A stretch of 64,000 bases of DNA. Origin: the human T2T-CHM13v2.0 reference genome, Homo sapiens. The notes below the pieces were generated by a model. That model ran no database searches. It was not told the origin of the DNA and was given only the letters and a program-made list of their open reading frames with translations. The position numbers were made by a program, and so were the translations under genes. Location of the stretch: NCBI RefSeq assembly GCF_009914755.1, contig NC_060931.1. One strand, 5' to 3'. Shown here piece after piece: positions 59,107-64,000 of this stretch (position 1 is its first letter; each line of letters starts with the position of its first letter).

Positions 59107-59738
59107 AAAAGAAGGTTTCATTAGGGTAGTTGACTAATTTCTAATTTTCTAATTTCCAACTGAAGCATCTAATAGCACAGATATAAAATTGGCATCATTT
59201 AACTATGTCTGAAGTTCTGCTAACAGGACCAAAATAGTAACAGTTTTCACTTTAGTTTTCAAATATGCACAAGAAAACTTGAATTTGAAAAAGAGCAAAA
59301 TTAATTTAAAAGAAGACTCATTAGGTCTAAATACAATGCATGCTTCAAAGAGTAACATGTAGATACAGTTTCCGCAGCTGCTTGCTTGGAGTTAAATCAT
59401 CCCTTTTGGCAACTCCTAAAAGAAACCATTCACTTTGGAAGTAGATGCCAATGCTTCTTCAGCAGGTATTGGTCTTCCGGTTTTCATGTAATCAGTGATA
59501 TCACCATAGCTCCAATGCCAGATGGTGAATACCCACCAACATTTTGTAAAACATTAATAGAAAATCAATATTTAATTTATCCTTAAATCTGTACTTTTAT
59601 TTCTTAAGCTCATTGCTGAAAAAATTGTGGGTTTTTTTTTTTTTTTTACAAAATAAAAATGCAGTACAGAAAAATAAAACGAATAGTCTTAGATTCACAT
59701 CATAAAATAAATAAAACCATCCTCAGAAGGGTGTGTAA

Positions 59739-59926
59739 CAGGGCCTGGGTTAGAGTGAGGTGGATGAGGCATTCTTTCAGGGACAAAATTTAAGTGGGCA
59801 GCAAAAATGGCAGTAATCAAGATAAACAGTGTTTAAGTGCAATATTTGTAAAAGATTAAAACTAATCCATGATGAAAAAAATACAGATTTTCTAATAAGG
59901 ACGCCGTTACTTGTTTTAGGACCCTG
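59739..59926. mobile_element. MER96B-like hAT element, shortened
   Basis: cagggcc...tgaggc...caaaatttaag...cagtaatcaagataa...tgcaatattt...aatccatgatgaa...accctg. Confidence 0.7.
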
Positions 59927-61724
59927 CATTATTACGCAATGGGAACGTTGTTTTTAATTTGACCATGATTTCTCCACCTGCCCCCTGGGGCTATGGCATC
60001 CTCTGTGGACAAGTTTATGAAGGTTGTCAGTGGCAGGAAAACAGATTGAGAGCAACACAGGGCTTTATATAAAGTCTTTTTAAAAATTATACAGTTTATA
60101 TTACATACTAAAAGCACTCAAAATAACACTTTCAGAAATCTAAAAATAATGACTATATTCCACACTAGTAGGCTTTTACTGCATATCAATTTAGTTGTTC
60201 TTTCTACTGATAAGAAATTATTTTTGACAGAGTAATATACATATTCTTAAATGAATATAAAAATATTTCTGCTATAAACAAAAATAGCAGATCCTCATCC
60301 CATGGTCTTTAAGGAATGTAAAAAAGAACAATTATAAATGTTAAAAATGTTCTTAGTAATAAAATTCAGTGCTATTTTCGATGAACATTTCTTGTACTAA
60401 AATTGTATTTGTGAAACACTGTCCTTAAAGCTGCCACTTAATTATATGTGAAATCTAATCAGGTCACTTATTTAAGGAAAGAGACTGCAGGATTCCATTA
60501 AACACTAAGCCAAAAGCAATTGACTTCTGGAGTTTATTTATTCTTCTATTTGTATAGGAAGTTATCTAGAAATATTACTTCAATTAGAGTTCTTTGTATT
60601 AGCTTTTCTCATTCTTTCAATGTTAAAATAAATATTTTTACATCTGAATAATTTAAATAATTTTTCCATAAGGCTGAATTACTGTTATTTTCCTATGGTC
60701 TATTTTTCTTGAGTTAAAACTATTGTTAGGTCCATTATGAGTAAAATATCAATAAGGAGATAAGAATAGCATAAAGCCATCATGTTCCACAGACTGTACA
60801 GATTAGATGCAAATTGACTCAGGGAGAGGAAAAAAAGCAGGTCTCCCAATCTTCATGTTATCTCTTCACCACACTTCCAAAAAAAACACTTGCAAATAAC
60901 CTTAAATAATCAGTGGTTTTAGTAGGCGAGAGTTGCCCTTAAGGAAGTCAATGAAACCCCTCCTTTCATAATTGTTTTATTTTTCATTCTTGCATGATTA
61001 AACCATATGAAAAGAATACTTCAAGCTTGTTTAAAGCAGTACCCTTCAAATCTTGTCCCATCAGTTCTCTGGCAGTTCAATCAATGTTAGATAGCATCAA
61101 AAATCTATTTCCTGTCCCTGACAAGAGAGTCTATACGATTATCTGTTTTGAATGACAAATGCAAACTCCGTACTATCTCAAGTTGCCAACTGCACTTTTT
61201 TTTTTTAACCTCCATGCATTATTGGAACTACAGTCAAAGCCAAGTTCTTTTAATTACATAAAGCTTTAATTTTTAATTATGATTGAAAGATAGTGAAAAG
61301 GTAAGCCACCAAATCACCTCAAAGTCACTGAAATGCTCAGATTGTTTTCTGCTGGGTGTTTCCTTCATATTAACCAGTTGCAGCCACAGTCCTTTAAAAT
61401 TAATTTCCTTCAAATGATCATCAAAAATGAAACAGAAGATGCCAGTGAGATTCTGGGGATGGCGTATCCACAAAATTGCCAGACACAGTTTATCAGGAAA
61501 AAAAAACCATAAATCTCAACAATCTTCTATTTCTTTTCAAGAAAAAAATTAAAATACAGAAACTCATCACTATCTTTTATAGAAACATCTCAAGGCATAA
61601 ATATCTAAAATCCACATGGTAAATCAGAATCTCTGCTGGTCATCTCACTTCACTTTTATAACACTTTTTTTTGAAAATAAAAATAATTATTGTTAAAAGT
61701 TTTGGGGAAAAGCAGAACAAAAAT

Positions 61725-61910
61725 AGCAATAACTAACAAATACTTAACCCTAGTATCAAGTAATGAAGTAACTGTATTAACTCACTTAATACTTGACACA
61801 ATTCTTCATGTTTGGTACTGTTATTATCACCATTTATATAATGTAAAAACTGATATAGAAAGTAGCATGTGTGGGACTCAAACTCAAACAACCTGGCTCC
61901 AGGATTCACA
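61725..61910 (-). mobile_element. MIR fragment
   Basis: attaactcacttaatacttgacaca...ttattatcaccattt...ctggctccag. Confidence 0.6.
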
Positions 61911-61941
61911 CAGAATTAAAAGTTAAAATTTACCCACAATA

Positions 61942-62372
<431 letters not shown>

Positions 62373-63480
62373 TCAATTTTATAGGGAAAATTAGGCAAAA
62401 AAACACACCAAACATGTTTTGTTCCTTCATGAACTGATGCATAGTTATTATTACAACCTTTTTTTGTATGAAAATACTGGGGTTGAAATTTGCACTCTAA
62501 ACTCATACATAAAGATAAACGTAGCTTTTTTATTGTTCTATATTCCACAAATCTACTAAAAGAGAAAAAAGATGAACTGCCAGTTAAAGGTAACTACATC
62601 TCATTTTGTTTAAGAAACAATCTCTTTTTTTGTAAATATTCACTAAACTCTAAGTTCATACACTATGCATCTATTTCTCTCCATTTTGGTTTTCTTTCCA
62701 GACCTTTTTCCTTTCCCAAGTTAGCGATTTTGCAGAGAGAAGCTTCTGTATCCTCAACCTCAAGGAATTAGAAAAGGAAACCAGTACCAAGAACTATCTC
62801 CTTGTGCCCTTCTCTCCCCACGGCCTCCATCTCTGAGCTTATAGATTGACCCTAAATGTCTGAATAACTTTGGTCAGGTCTACAAAGTATTGTATGGTTC
62901 CGTGGGAGCTCAGCCACCCCAAGGAATAATGCACCTCTCTCTGTAGTAACAGTCCCAGCAGAAACTGAGTTTGGCTGCCACTCTGGTTATCATCTCAGTT
63001 TAGGAGGGCCACCTTTTTTCTACAAGGTCCCTTTTTTCCTCTCTGAAGCAACATTTTCTACCCGAAGTCAATAATTGTCTTTCGTGGCTCCCTTCATGAC
63101 CTCCATGGGAAAGAAGAGGGACAGATACTGGTAGCTTCAGAATATTCCATGATATCTACATAGTCTACGGGAATTAAATCGTGTTAAGTCAGTCCCAACA
63201 ATCCATAGACTTCCATCTACAAGCCTGCACTGTGTTGGGTTTCTCTGGAGGGGTTTAGAAATTCTCTAAGAAGCACAGGTGATAGATTTTCACTGAAAAT
63301 TTTCTATCAAACCCATCTGGTATTCCTGTAAGCGTGCAATTACTTACCCACTCCCCTTCAGAGAGTCATTCCTTTTGACAGAAGTAAAATGCTTAGGTCT
63401 TACACACATACATGCACACAGACTCAGCCACAAAATGACTTTCTATTTTATCTTCATGTCTGGTAGGAGTTGCTCCAGGT

Positions 63481-63838
63481 CAGTGACTCTCCAGCCTCAG
63501 GGAACATCAGAATCATCTGGAGGGCTTCTTAAAGCACAGATCACTGGACCCCATTCCCAGAGTTTCTAATCCAGTATGGCTGGGGCAGAGCCGGAGAATC
63601 TGCAGACTAACAAGCACGCACATTGATATGGGTGCTGCTGTTCTGGGGACTGTGCTTAGAGAACCAGGGCACTGGGCCTTGCTGCTCAAGGTGTAGTTCA
63701 TGGCCAAATAGATGAGCATCACTGAGGCATGGTTTAGAAATTCAGAGTCTCAGAACCCACACAGACCTACAGAGCCAGAGCCTGCATTTAAACAAGATTT
63801 TCAAGTGAAGGCACATTGAAGTTGGAGAAGCACTGCTC
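63481..63838. mobile_element. Two adjacent MER5 (MER5A/MER5B) hAT-Charlie elements
   Basis: catcagaatcatctggagggctt...ccagagtttct...gctgctg; then tcaaggtgtagt...aattcagagtctcag...ctgcatttaaacaagat...gagaagcactg. Confidence 0.8.
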
Positions 63839-63912
63839 TAGGTGATATTTTCTTCTTTTTTATTTTATGATCTTTGATACTACTCTCCCATGTCTGGACA
63901 ATAAACTTCATG

Positions 63913-63969
63913 CTTTAGCCTATATGCAGACATAGCCTATATGCAGACTTTAGCCTATATGCAGACTTT
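63913..63969. repeat. 17-18-bp tandem repeat, 3 copies
   Basis: tagcctatatgcagac three times, with a or tt linkers. Confidence 0.95.
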
Positions 63970-64000
63970 GCTCCTAGATGAGCAAAGAGAAAATACATTT

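Noticed and set aside
59416-59550. Protein-like minus-strand frame (…FTIWHWSYGDITDYMKTGRPIPAEEALAS…)
   Set aside because: Short, has no upstream acceptor AG in a sensible position, and matches no protein I recognise

Overview
AT-rich, repeat-dense primate genomic DNA, almost certainly human or great ape given the AluY, L1PA, MLT2A, Tigger1 and MADE1 content. I could not recognise any host protein-coding exon, RNA gene or CRISPR array. The long ORFs I could assign are transposon remnants (LINE-1 ORF1/ORF2, Tigger1 transposase, Alu-derived frames). All LINE-1 pieces lie on the + strand, and several splice and polyA signals on the - strand hint at an unidentified minus-strand transcription unit (inference only). 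The most notable structures are: (1) a near-homogeneous 18-copy, ~53-bp minisatellite with phased A-tracts and TTAGGTTAGGG; (2) a 27-nt twin-priming inversion at the 5' end of an L1PA insertion; (3) a chimeric L1 whose antisense ORF0 is open and in phase with a strong splice donor; (4) an MLT2A solo LTR with a perfect DUX4 motif; (5) a perfect 20-bp hairpin in unique DNA; (6) a candidate recursive-splice site with a 38-nt microexon. Subfamily names come from recalled consensus sequences, not from a database search, and boundaries of old repeats are approximate. I did not find a convincing novel multi-gene system.
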